Virus record (IMG/VR): IMGVR_UViG_3300025364_000003
Span: 124,001-188,000 of that record
Direction: 5' to 3' (one strand)
Length of the DNA stretch: 64,000 nucleotides
Shown: in pieces, positions 36,074 to 45,544 of the stretch
How positions within the stretch are numbered: position 1 is the first letter of the stretch
Layout of the letters: each line of letters begins with the position of its first letter
Position numbers and translations under genes: made by a program
The notes under the pieces: generated by a model
What the model was told of the DNA's origin: nothing
Seen by the model: the letters and a program-made list of their open reading frames with translations, nothing else
Database searches by the model: none

Positions 36074-38617
36074 ATGAAAGCAATGTCTTCCAAGAACAAA
36101 AATAATAATTGGGAAAAGCAATTCCGTGAACTTGAAAAAAGGGCGGTTAGACATGAACAAATTTTACAAGAGGCTGGTTATGCTGGAGGCCCGAGTTCCG
36201 TTGATGGGTCTGCAACTTTCAGGGGAGGCCCATACGGTTTTGGAGGCGTAAATCAACTGGCTGCTGGTTTGTCTGAGCCGGTAAAGAAGTTGAAAAAACA
36301 AAGAGATGAGGAAGCGGTTTATAACATTGCAAGCCAACAAAGAATAAATCGTGGGTACCCGGCACCACAATCCGTCACAGGATTTCCCGGTGGTGAATCT
36401 AATTCCGGCATTCGCTCTGGACAGCATTTCCCCACAGAAATTGAACCAATAGCAGTTTCTTCCGACGACCTTTCAAAAATGGCTGCTGACGAAGATCCAA
36501 CAGATGACTATTTTGGCTTTGATGATGATGAATTAGAAGACATGAAAGATAGGTCAGACAGAGGGCTGAAAGAATTTGGAGTATCAGGTGCTCAAGGAGC
36601 TATGAGAGGTGTTCCTTCAGACAAGAATTATCGTGACCTTCCTGGGTGGCCACGTCACAATTCGCTTGAGAAACCCGGCAACTTCGTTCCAGAAATTGAA
36701 GGAGACGAAGATGGGGATGGCGAAGAAGATGACTACTTGACCGATGAGGAATACGTCAATGACGTGCTGCGTTTGAATGGCATGGGGGTTAAACCCGGTC
36801 ATCTCAAAAAATTGTTTGGTCAGGGTGGGCTTGAGGAATCAGCTCTCTATGAGCGCACGCTTTATCATGGAACTGTGATTGATCACAAGGACAGCATAGA
36901 GCAGTATGGCCTCACGGGTGAACTTGGAGACTGGGTAAAAGATGCTTACGGTTTGGAACTGGATGAAGAAGACTGGGAAGAACAACTTGGTGGTATAACT
37001 TTCGCTGCTCAAAAGAGCGACATGAGCATGGCTGTTGGAGCGATGCGTTTTCACATTGGCAAGAAGCTGGGAAAGTCACTGAGGGATGTAACAATTGAAG
37101 ATATTCGTCGCTGGGGTATGTTGGTTGTCATAAAAGATGTCGAAGAAGAAGACGATTCATATGGCGACGGGTGGAAACAGCGTCCACCACATGGGCAAGA
37201 AGGCTATTATGATGAATATCCTGTTTCTGTAGAGCCTGGTGATTGGTTTACTAAAGAACAAGTGTACATCGATCATGTTCTTACAGGTGGTAAACTAATT
37301 GACTTCCTTCGTCGACATGGAGCACTCAGACATGTTACTTCGCAAGTAAAAGAAGACAAAGAAGCAGCTGCACGAAGAGAGTTGATCAAACTTGCAGTTG
37401 CTTATCATGATCCCAAGTATCGGGATGATATTGTAAATAAAGTAAAGCAGCTGTCTGGGAAAATGCTGCAAAAGCAACTTGAAAACTACAGAGATATTGA
37501 AGAAGCACATGAAACCATTGCTCAAAAGAGAGCGCAAAGATACGGCGGGACTGCGCAAAAGCAGCGAGGACAACAGCTAAAATTTGATTTTGGGGAAGCG
37601 CTAAGTTTGAAAAATGTATTTCTAGAAACGTATGTTGCTCCCCCCTATGGTCCAGAACCCGACAAAGGAACAGAGCATTACAAGCGTGGGAATTGGGAAG
37701 AAACTCCAATAGGAGATGATTGGCTTATTAATCCAGTCGATCATTCTGGTGGTCATGCTGAAATGCCAGCAGCAAAACATAGTCCTGGCAGACAAGCTTA
37801 TGGACAAATAGGTTCTCCTAAAGACTTTGTACCTGAAGACTGGGAGCAGAGACATTCCAAAACAAAAGAGGAACCAATGGATCCAGAAGAACTGAAAAAA
37901 TTTATCGAATCTGTTGTTAAGGAAGCAATCAGAGAAGAAAGAGTGAACGAAGAAGACTTGGTTGAAGGTTCGAAAAATGAACCAACCAATCCAGAACTTT
38001 GGTCTAGGGCAAAAGTAGCAGCAAAGCGTAAGTATGATGTATATCCGAGCGCTTATGCTAACGCTTACGCTAGTAAATGGTATAAAGACAAAGGTGGTGG
38101 CTGGCGCAAAAAGAAAAAACCCAAGAAAGAATCTCTTGAGAATATCATTCGAAATCTCGTTAAAGAAGAAATGGGCGTTCAAGAAAAAGTTCACAAAGAT
38201 AGCGGTCTTGGAAAATGGTTTGGAGAAAAGTGGGTTGATATCTCCAGAAAGAAAAAAAGCGGTGGACATCCTGAATGTGGCGCCTCGGCTGACAAGGGTA
38301 AAAGAAAAAGTGATAGTTCAAAAGCATACCCAAAGTGCGTGAAGAAGTCAAAGGCGCAATCCATGACCAAAAAGGAAAAAGAAAGTGCTACTCGCCGTAA
38401 AAGAGCAAAGCCTAACAAACCTGGAAAGCCTGACAACACAGCCACAGACAAGACAAAAAAAGAAGCATACACTGGCATTGACGACAAAACAGGTCGTGGA
38501 GAACCAAAAGGTGGCAGTAAGGCTTTTCAAAAAAGTCGTAAAAAAGTTTTTGACTACGATGAAGAACACAAACCCAAGGGAATTGAGGATTTGAAAAATT
38601 ATCACATGGATGATTAA
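36074..38617 (+). CDS. large modular internal-head-type polyprotein with ART-like domain
   Basis: RTLYHGT...I.QYGL...GGITFA domain; YDVYPSAYAN and GL.KWF.EKWVDI...YPKC modules; internal leader copies ELKKFIESVVKEAIRE and LENIIRNLVKEE. Confidence 0.65.
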   Translation: MKAMSSKNKNNNWEKQFRELEKRAVRHEQILQEAGYAGGPSSVDGSATFRGGPYGFGGVNQLAAGLSEPVKKLKKQRDEEAVYNIASQQRINRGYPAPQSVTGFPGGESNSGIRSGQHFPTEIEPIAVSSDDLSKMAADEDPTDDYFGFDDDELEDMKDRSDRGLKEFGVSGAQGAMRGVPSDKNYRDLPGWPRHNSLEKPGNFVPEIEGDEDGDGEEDDYLTDEEYVNDVLRLNGMGVKPGHLKKLFGQGGLEESALYERTLYHGTVIDHKDSIEQYGLTGELGDWVKDAYGLELDEEDWEEQLGGITFAAQKSDMSMAVGAMRFHIGKKLGKSLRDVTIEDIRRWGMLVVIKDVEEEDDSYGDGWKQRPPHGQEGYYDEYPVSVEPGDWFTKEQVYIDHVLTGGKLIDFLRRHGALRHVTSQVKEDKEAAARRELIKLAVAYHDPKYRDDIVNKVKQLSGKMLQKQLENYRDIEEAHETIAQKRAQRYGGTAQKQRGQQLKFDFGEALSLKNVFLETYVAPPYGPEPDKGTEHYKRGNWEETPIGDDWLINPVDHSGGHAEMPAAKHSPGRQAYGQIGSPKDFVPEDWEQRHSKTKEEPMDPEELKKFIESVVKEAIREERVNEEDLVEGSKNEPTNPELWSRAKVAAKRKYDVYPSAYANAYASKWYKDKGGGWRKKKKPKKESLENIIRNLVKEEMGVQEKVHKDSGLGKWFGEKWVDISRKKKSGGHPECGASADKGKRKSDSSKAYPKCVKKSKAQSMTKKEKESATRRKRAKPNKPGKPDNTATDKTKKEAYTGIDDKTGRGEPKGGSKAFQKSRKKVFDYDEEHKPKGIEDLKNYHMDD

Positions 38618-38635
38618 AAAGTTAATCGCAAGATG

Positions 38636-38663
38636 TTGACAGTCTTCACTGAGTGTTTACCTT
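38636..38663 (+). promoter_or_regulatory. sigma70-like promoter for hsp20
   Basis: TTGACA-N16-TACCTT upstream of AGGAGG RBS. Confidence 0.5.
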
Positions 38664-38705
38664 ACAGCTGTCACAAGAGTGACAACATTTTTAGGAGGAA
38701 ACATT

Positions 38706-39134
38706 ATGGGACTTTTAGCAAGAAAAAACCTTAATTCTGTTAACCCAATTTTTAATGATAGCTTTTTTGATGATTTCTTTAGAGATCCTTGGGGTGTTTC
38801 CCTTGCTCGCCCCAACTATTCAAACGTTGCTCGATACCCAATTAGGCGTCTAAGAACTGACAATGGAACGTTTAAAGTAGAATTTGATGTTCCAGGCGCC
38901 GGAAAAGATGACATCGAAATTCATTATGATGAAGAAACTGGTATTCTCACCGTCTCCTCTAAGACAGAGGAAAATTCCAAAGAGTTGGAAACGAGTCGCA
39001 CATTTAGCTACCAAGTTTCGGCCTATGATCTAGATACCGAAACCATAGAAGCTACCTGCGACAAAGGAATATTGACTATAATAGGCAAGCCTATAACAAA
39101 GCAGCTGACCCGAAAGCGAATTGAGATCAAGTAA
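38706..39134 (+). CDS. Hsp20/alpha-crystallin small heat-shock protein
   Basis: FDDFF N-terminus, DVPG..K.DI.I, F, I.A...GIL.I, terminal IEI; AGGAGG before ATG 38706. Confidence 0.9.
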   Translation: MGLLARKNLNSVNPIFNDSFFDDFFRDPWGVSLARPNYSNVARYPIRRLRTDNGTFKVEFDVPGAGKDDIEIHYDEETGILTVSSKTEENSKELETSRTFSYQVSAYDLDTETIEATCDKGILTIIGKPITKQLTRKRIEIK

Positions 39135-39165
39135 AAAAAAGCCCCCGATTACGGGGGCTTTTTTT
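39133..39165. terminator. bidirectional rho-independent terminator
   Basis: A-run GCCCCCG-ATTA-CGGGGGC T-run between convergent genes. Confidence 0.9.
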
Positions 39166-39190
39166 ATTTATACACCTGTCTCTGTTGTGA

Positions 39191-39691
39191 TTACCAGTTG
39201 ATTTTGAAAGACTGCCAACCTCTGTTAGGAACACGAGCTGGCTTTGACTTTTCATTTAAGCCAAGAACTGCCTTCTCTTCCTCGGTTAGCTTTGCAAGGG
39301 CATTTTTCCTGAGCTTTTCTTTTCTTTCTTTTTCGGCTCTAATCTTAGCCTGGCGTTCTTTTTCAGCTTTCTCTTTTGCTCTCTTTTCGGCTGTAGTGTC
39401 AAGTTCAGCTAGCTTTATGATCCGAAACCCAAACTTTCCTTCTTTTTTCAATTTTTTCAGACGGTTGTAAACCCCTTTTTCAACATCTTTGACAAAAGGG
39501 TCGCCATATGGTCGAGAATAACATTCGGGAGTTACACCAGAAGGGTTTCTCCTTCTCACTTCTGCCCAGTAATTTTCGACGAAAGTTTTAGAATCATCAA
39601 CTGAAAGATGAACGGTATAGCCATCAGGGCGCTGCCCCCATCCACTTTCAGACTCAAGCCATTCTTGAAGAACAACGGGGAAAGTAGTCAT
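39191..39691 (-). CDS. hypothetical phage protein
   Basis: WLESESGWGQRPDGY..H motif; AGGAGG RBS. Confidence 0.75.
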   Translation of the reverse strand: MTTFPVVLQEWLESESGWGQRPDGYTVHLSVDDSKTFVENYWAEVRRRNPSGVTPECYSRPYGDPFVKDVEKGVYNRLKKLKKEGKFGFRIIKLAELDTTAEKRAKEKAEKERQAKIRAEKERKEKLRKNALAKLTEEEKAVLGLNEKSKPARVPNRGWQSFKINW

Positions 39692-39711
39692 ATCTGCCTC
39701 CTAATTTTAGT

Positions 39712-40095
39712 TTAGCTGCACCAGACAGGTCTGTAAACTACTCGAAACCATTTCTTAAATTCTTTTAGCGTTGCTTCAACATAAATGTACTCTTCTTTAA
39801 GAATTTTGAATCTGAAATGATCACGTCCACGTCGTGACGGCTGAACATCCAAATACATAAACAACTCCCCCTTTAAAAGGGCCGCTTCTTTTCCAGAACC
39901 AAGCTCTACTCCAATTAGGTCGTTTTCTATTTGAATCAACGCACCTGGACTTAATAGCAACGGGTCACGCACTGGCAAAAGAAAACAATCCACAAATATA
40001 ACTATTTCTTTAGATGTGAACCAATTATATATCAACATAAGTGATAAATTGAGATGATTGTTTCTCAAGCTATTACAAACTAACATTAGGAGCAA
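39712..40095 (-). CDS. hypothetical protein (start uncertain)
   Basis: ORF track. Confidence 0.5.
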   Translation of the reverse strand: MLLMLVCNSLRNNHLNLSLMLIYNWFTSKEIVIFVDCFLLPVRDPLLLSPGALIQIENDLIGVELGSGKEAALLKGELFMYLDVQPSRRGRDHFRFKILKEEYIYVEATLKEFKKWFRVVYRPVWCS

Positions 40096-40098
40096 TTA

Positions 40099-40617
40099 AT
40101 GGAAGATTGGGAAAAAAAATATTGGGCACAAAAAATGCAACAGCTCCAAAAAAATCCTCAGGAACTACCACATCATGAGCCGGCACACATAGCTCAAGAT
40201 AGACAAAGGGCGCAACAAGCTGGAAATCATTGGAGAGAAATTGATCCTCTTACGGCCATGTATGCTAATCAACAGGGCATGACGTCTAGGGGAATGGGTC
40301 CTCAGGTGCAAGTTGTTCATTTACGTGAAGGGGTAGTCTACTACAAGAAAGTAGATGTAGAAGGATTTGGCACTACAATGCCAATGGTTCGCTCATGTGG
40401 ACCAGCAGTAGGCGTTGTTGGAAGGGAATTTGAAATGCGCCAAGAATGTCATTGTTATCTTATTGACAATCTTGAAGTTGTTGATCTTGGAAATGTAAAC
40501 CCACAAAAGATGTTAAAATTAGTTGAGGTTCGGGCACCATTCATTGGAACTATTTTGGTTGAAAGTAGTGCAGTTGTTGCACCTGGAGACAGGGGACCAA
40601 AAATTCTCAAAGGATAA
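40099..40617 (+). CDS. hypothetical protein
   Basis: AGGAG RBS. Confidence 0.7.
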   Translation: MEDWEKKYWAQKMQQLQKNPQELPHHEPAHIAQDRQRAQQAGNHWREIDPLTAMYANQQGMTSRGMGPQVQVVHLREGVVYYKKVDVEGFGTTMPMVRSCGPAVGVVGREFEMRQECHCYLIDNLEVVDLGNVNPQKMLKLVEVRAPFIGTILVESSAVVAPGDRGPKILKG

Positions 40618-40923
40618 CAAGGATTATGTCTATCTTTCGTATCTGATGTGAAGTCAAGCTCCGGAAACATCATTATAGAGTAAAAGAAGCACTGTTCCTT
40701 GCGAGTGAAATTCGTTGGGAGAATATAGAACGTTGGTCAATTTGAAGTTGTATGTATTTGCAAATACAAATAAGTGATGTCTTTTAATAAAAATCCCGGA
40801 TTGTCTCTATAGAATACAAGATCCATTTTTGGCTGTAAACCAAATAATATCAAGAAAGACCGACAATAATCCTGCAAAATTTGAGATTACTACTTATGCT
40901 TAAGTTTACCAGGACCGGAACCA

Positions 40924-42894
40924 ATGACATCAAATTTTCCAATTTTATTAGATGATTTTCCAAATCCGTCAGGCAGTACATTTTTGTCTGCTACGGGTGC
41001 ATTGGGTCACGCTGCACAACATACCAATATGAATGATGCCATTGAGGCCATTCAAACACGTATTGGTGTAACGGGTTCAACGGTAAACACGAGTCTTGAC
41101 TATGAAGTTCACAATGTCGATCACGGTCATGATCATGATGGTATCAACTCAAGACCAATTGCTTTAGGCACCAGCGGTTCAGGTTGTACATTTGAAGATG
41201 GTTTGTTTGATTTTACAGTTTTCACACGAGCCGGTGAGGCAATTTGTAAAATAAACGAAATTCTAAAATCACTTGCGCCATCACCAGCACCCAATCTTGA
41301 TGATCTTGGAGTTGTGGATACGGGCACGGCTGGCATTTTATCGTTTGGCAATACCCAAGGGGTGTCTGGATATGCGAATGTAACTGGAACTGGTTCTTTG
41401 CCAGCTGTCGATATCAACGATTTATATTCCGTGTCTTCTTTTTCGGGTGATCTTAGACGTGGATTGTTCAACAATTCTACGACGATAAATGGAATTTTGA
41501 ATGATGACGTCGCCGCCGATCTTCCAAACTATCCTGGCAATGCTTTTGGAAACGCCGACCAAGGGATACTTCGGCTTGTTCTAAACGGAGCAACCTTGGT
41601 AACCATGAGTCTAACCTCTACTTCTTCATCCATAACATCCTCTACAGCCGATGGAAGTTTTTTAGCCGTCTCTTCATTGCAGACAGGAAGTTTTTCCAAT
41701 GGTGACCCTTTTACACTATTCAAACATAGAACAGGTGTGTGGTCAGTTGATCCTGGCGACCAAAGAAACGGATGGAATGTTGCTCGTGTTTTTCATGAAA
41801 TTGGTGGGACCTCTACCGAAACAAACAGGGTGGCCTGGGTTGTTGACGACAATCCTGCTGCTCCCACTGCACCGTCAGGTTCCTTACATACGTTGAACCT
41901 TACAGGGTTAAAATATCTCACAGGGGTAAAATACTTTACTGGTGGATCAGCTCTTTACAACACAGCTATTTCTGGAGCGTATAGAAATGCATACTCTTCA
42001 GGAAACGCTGTTACTTTTACCAATTCTACCAATATATCTTTTAGTTCACAACCTTTGTCTTCTATTGTTGTCGGTCTCGAAGATGAAAACAAAGTAGAGG
42101 TAATCACAAACAAGGCTGGCACAATCACAGCAGCCAAACTCTTACCAGGAACCATTACTGCGAGAGTTAACTGCACCAAGCCTATTGGTCCAAATCTCAC
42201 AAACGGGGGAGTTTCGAGCATAGGTGAAATATTCTTAAACAGTCAAGCTGCAAACAGCACCGTTTTAAGAGATAGATTTAGAGATGAAAATTTTAGACTT
42301 GAGGTTGCTGATTACGATCTTCAAGCAGATATTCCAGCTTCTGGTTGGGATAGCACCACCAATCGTTCTGGTTCTTCAGCTCTTCCGTTAGTCGTTTTCG
42401 ATGAGTGCTTAAGAGCACTTCCCGGTCTTCCGGACAGTGGCGGAGGGAATGGAGATTTCAGTGGGTTTGCCAATGGCCCATCGGCCAATGTGGACTATAG
42501 TGATTTCTCTGGTTCCCTAACATATTACCGTGAGTTTATAAACAACACTGGTGGTTCAAGATCAAATTTTGATTTACAAATAACTGGCTCTGGCACTTGG
42601 AGCACTGGAAGTGCAGTTTTGGGTGCTAATAATAGATTTTTGGTGGAGGTAAAATTACCAGAGAAAACAGGTTGGAACGTCTATACTCCGTTTCAAAAGG
42701 TTGGTGATCCGCAGATTCCAAATGATGGAGCAGGAATTTTAAATGGATCGTTTGATGAAACACTTCCTGCTGCAAACAAAGGAACGTTTGGCACCATATT
42801 TGTAGCGGACGGCAACTACATCGTTGTAAGAATAACCGCCAATGCACAGTGGTCTGGAGAAATCTGTGACATGAGATTGGTGTGGACGTCATAA
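40924..42894 (+). CDS. putative virion structural protein
   Basis: N-terminal TSNFP..LD.F.NP...HA.QH.N.NDAIEAIQ..IG fibre-type motif; TACTTA 40891. Confidence 0.75.
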   Translation: MTSNFPILLDDFPNPSGSTFLSATGALGHAAQHTNMNDAIEAIQTRIGVTGSTVNTSLDYEVHNVDHGHDHDGINSRPIALGTSGSGCTFEDGLFDFTVFTRAGEAICKINEILKSLAPSPAPNLDDLGVVDTGTAGILSFGNTQGVSGYANVTGTGSLPAVDINDLYSVSSFSGDLRRGLFNNSTTINGILNDDVAADLPNYPGNAFGNADQGILRLVLNGATLVTMSLTSTSSSITSSTADGSFLAVSSLQTGSFSNGDPFTLFKHRTGVWSVDPGDQRNGWNVARVFHEIGGTSTETNRVAWVVDDNPAAPTAPSGSLHTLNLTGLKYLTGVKYFTGGSALYNTAISGAYRNAYSSGNAVTFTNSTNISFSSQPLSSIVVGLEDENKVEVITNKAGTITAAKLLPGTITARVNCTKPIGPNLTNGGVSSIGEIFLNSQAANSTVLRDRFRDENFRLEVADYDLQADIPASGWDSTTNRSGSSALPLVVFDECLRALPGLPDSGGGNGDFSGFANGPSANVDYSDFSGSLTYYREFINNTGGSRSNFDLQITGSGTWSTGSAVLGANNRFLVEVKLPEKTGWNVYTPFQKVGDPQIPNDGAGILNGSFDETLPAANKGTFGTIFVADGNYIVVRITANAQWSGEICDMRLVWTS

Positions 42895-42910
42895 AAGGTA
42901 AGGTATCTAA

Positions 42911-43975
42911 ATGTCTCTAAACCAGGCACTGATTGCTTTCAAGAAGCTCTTCAATAGGCCACATACGTCCAATGATAAACAATTGCTGGCTAACGAAGGT
43001 TATTTTGTAGGCTTTCAACAAGACACTTCTACCATTTTTGCAGAGCGACCTCCGGCAAACCCGCCGGGTAGTCCTTTCCAAGTAAACACAGGTTCGTTTT
43101 ATGCTAATGATGGCACCACTGAAAAGGTTAGACTAACTTTAGAATTTGTTTCGGGAACTGACACTTCTAATGGTAGACACGGTTTCCAGGCAAAATTACC
43201 TTCCGACTATGAAACCAGTTCTTCCAATCCAAAAGCTGGAACCGGTTTTTTTGTTAATAATCAAGTTCTACAGTTCACAACCGGTTCTGTGCAAATTGTT
43301 ACAGAATTTGTTGGTGGTTCAGGGTACCAGGCACTTCTACGAAATAAAAATTTGCAACAAATTCCGTTGCTTGATCCCAGAGAATGGATTCTTTATGAGT
43401 TTGGTGGTTTAATTTATCAAGAAACGCCGCCAGCCGTTGGTCCGACAAATGAAAACCCAGGGTTTTTAGATTGTTGGATTTATATCGGCGACATGGCTTC
43501 AGATGTAACCAGTTCGGTTTCTGCATCTGGAATTACAACTAGAATTAATGGCACGAACCTCACTACCAATACGCAAGTTATTAATATAAGCGGCTCAATT
43601 GTTTCTGCATCGGTCACAGGCGGAACTGATGTAACTTATGCTTTTGATGCTCTAAAAGCTGATGACAGAGTTCACATACTTTTGTCTGACGGTGGACCTT
43701 TTGAAAAGTATCTTTCCGGTTCCTTCAGGGAGGCAATTTATATTAATAAAATTTTCCCTTCAGCTTCTGTTTGGTATGAGGATAGCTCTAAAACAAAAAA
43801 AATTGTTGAGAAGATTTGGTCATATAATTCAAACAAAACTGTGAATACGATAGTCAGGAACGTATATGCTACTGATGGTACAACAATTCTAACAACCGCT
43901 ACCGACGCAATTACCTATGGCAGTGGCTCTGTTCCACCTATTGCAGAAGTAAGTCGCATAAGAAATATTACATAG
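42911..43975 (+). CDS. putative virion structural protein
   Basis: Context and composition. Confidence 0.7.
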   Translation: MSLNQALIAFKKLFNRPHTSNDKQLLANEGYFVGFQQDTSTIFAERPPANPPGSPFQVNTGSFYANDGTTEKVRLTLEFVSGTDTSNGRHGFQAKLPSDYETSSSNPKAGTGFFVNNQVLQFTTGSVQIVTEFVGGSGYQALLRNKNLQQIPLLDPREWILYEFGGLIYQETPPAVGPTNENPGFLDCWIYIGDMASDVTSSVSASGITTRINGTNLTTNTQVINISGSIVSASVTGGTDVTYAFDALKADDRVHILLSDGGPFEKYLSGSFREAIYINKIFPSASVWYEDSSKTKKIVEKIWSYNSNKTVNTIVRNVYATDGTTILTTATDAITYGSGSVPPIAEVSRIRNIT

Positions 43976-44013
43976 AACAATATACTTAAGACCAACGCAG
44001 TAAAGGTAAAAAC

Positions 44014-44871
44014 ATGAGTCTAGAATCACCATTTTCAGTTTTGTTTGATTCCGAAGGAACAGAGCTTGCGGTAACCGCAAGTCAGTCTGGTTCATTCTTG
44101 GACGGCACACAGCCAGGATTTTTGGTTATGGGTTCTGGTTCCAATGGAGCACAGTTCCTCAGACTGGCAAGCGATGGTGCTCTTTTTATTACTGGTCAAG
44201 TAACTGACACAGTCGATATTACAGGTGCGTTGCTTATTACAGGTGCAGTTGCACAGGGCGACGCCGGCTCTATACCTGAATCGTGGTACGTTAGAATCAC
44301 TGACGGCACTCAGGTTATTGGCGATAGTTTTTCTACTCCGATTTTTGTTACCGGATCTGTTCTTGCTGAATTGGATGGAGCTACTTTTGACGGAGGCGCT
44401 CTTCTTGTTACTGGTAATCTTGCACTGGATCCAAATTCTGTCGTTGTTGTTTCTGGTAACAACTATGATGCAGATGGCAATCTTCTTGTTGCTCTTTCAG
44501 GCGTTGCAGTTTTCAATGAACATCTACAGGTCACAGGTACTGTAAATGTCGTAGAACCTGTAACAGTTACCGGCTCCGTTTCCACAACACCTGTAAAGTG
44601 TCCCAACACGACAGTTACAGGATTTGATGCTAATACTACATCAGTTACAGTTCTTGCAACAAATACTGCCCGCTGTGGTGCAACATTCTTCATGGATGGA
44701 AACTCTCGGGCATTTATCAAGCTCGGCACAGGCGCCTCTACAACCGATTTCTCGATTCTGCTAAGAAATAATGGTTATTTTGAACTTCCAGCGAGTTACA
44801 CCGGAGAAGTTTCAGCAGTTTTCAACAATAACGCAAACAACACATTGAGGATTACAGAAATCACAGAATGA
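44014..44871 (+). CDS. putative virion protein with shared N-terminal module
   Basis: N-terminus similar to 8328/8536; repeated L.VTG motifs; TACTTA 43983. Confidence 0.7.
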   Translation: MSLESPFSVLFDSEGTELAVTASQSGSFLDGTQPGFLVMGSGSNGAQFLRLASDGALFITGQVTDTVDITGALLITGAVAQGDAGSIPESWYVRITDGTQVIGDSFSTPIFVTGSVLAELDGATFDGGALLVTGNLALDPNSVVVVSGNNYDADGNLLVALSGVAVFNEHLQVTGTVNVVEPVTVTGSVSTTPVKCPNTTVTGFDANTTSVTVLATNTARCGATFFMDGNSRAFIKLGTGASTTDFSILLRNNGYFELPASYTGEVSAVFNNNANNTLRITEITE

Positions 44872-44891
44872 TAGCACTATAAGTTTGAAAC

Positions 44892-44919
44892 AAAAAGCCA
44901 CGTCTAACGTGGCTTTTTT
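44892..44919. terminator. bidirectional rho-independent terminator
   Basis: AAAAAGCCACGT-CTA-ACGTGGCTTTTT between convergent genes. Confidence 0.88.
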
Positions 44920-45517
44920 ATTTAACTAATTCAATTTCTATTTGAACCTCTGGAAATTCTTCCACAAGTTTTTCCGCAGCTTGTACATTAAACAGATTGT
45001 CATCGAAGAATCGTAGAATTTTTATATTTCCTTGTTGAAGCTTACCCCTCAGATATGCTTGTTTTCTTGCAGCGTTTAGCTCACCAACATCACCCGTAGG
45101 CGTGAAATCTCCAACTGCTACAACTTCAACGTCCGGCATTCCTTGTTGGGATATGAATTCAATAATTTCATTGGCCGCTGGTCGTGCAGTACAAATAGAA
45201 ACCCCGTAAGGTCCTAGACGCTTGTAGTCGGCTTTCATTCGATCAAAATGAGGTAAAGTAACAGGATTTAAAATAACTCCAAAGTCTGATAAATCAAATT
45301 CTTCATCATCCTTAAGATGATATTCATGAAATTCGTGCGGCGATAGTTCTCTTGTTTTACCAGTTGTCTTATTTATTAAGTGAACAGTGCCTTCTGTACT
45401 GCAAAGTGTATCGTCAAAATCATAAACATTTAGCTCATTTGGTGCGTTATCAAATATTTCTCTCAATATTTTACTTGCATATTCTTTGATCAATATTTCT
45501 AATCTGGGCTTTGACAT
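44918..45517 (-). CDS. HAD-superfamily phosphatase with leader
   Basis: VYDFDDTL (motif I), ICTAR (II), K, FFDDN..N (IV); leader LEILIKEYASKILRE. Confidence 0.8.
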   Translation of the reverse strand: MSKPRLEILIKEYASKILREIFDNAPNELNVYDFDDTLCSTEGTVHLINKTTGKTRELSPHEFHEYHLKDDEEFDLSDFGVILNPVTLPHFDRMKADYKRLGPYGVSICTARPAANEIIEFISQQGMPDVEVVAVGDFTPTGDVGELNAARKQAYLRGKLQQGNIKILRFFDDNLFNVQAAEKLVEEFPEVQIEIELVK

Positions 45518-45544
45518 ATTTTCATCCTAATTATCTCTGATGCT

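Noticed and set aside
37622-38269. Long antisense ORFs (215 aa here; also 6906-7382, 16226-16696, 20777-21280, 29343-29870)
   Set aside because: Shadows of low-complexity or codon-biased sense genes, with no RBS or recognisable motifs.
40620-40880. Possible degraded minus-strand gene in the gap
   Set aside because: Only short broken frames with no recognisable motif.
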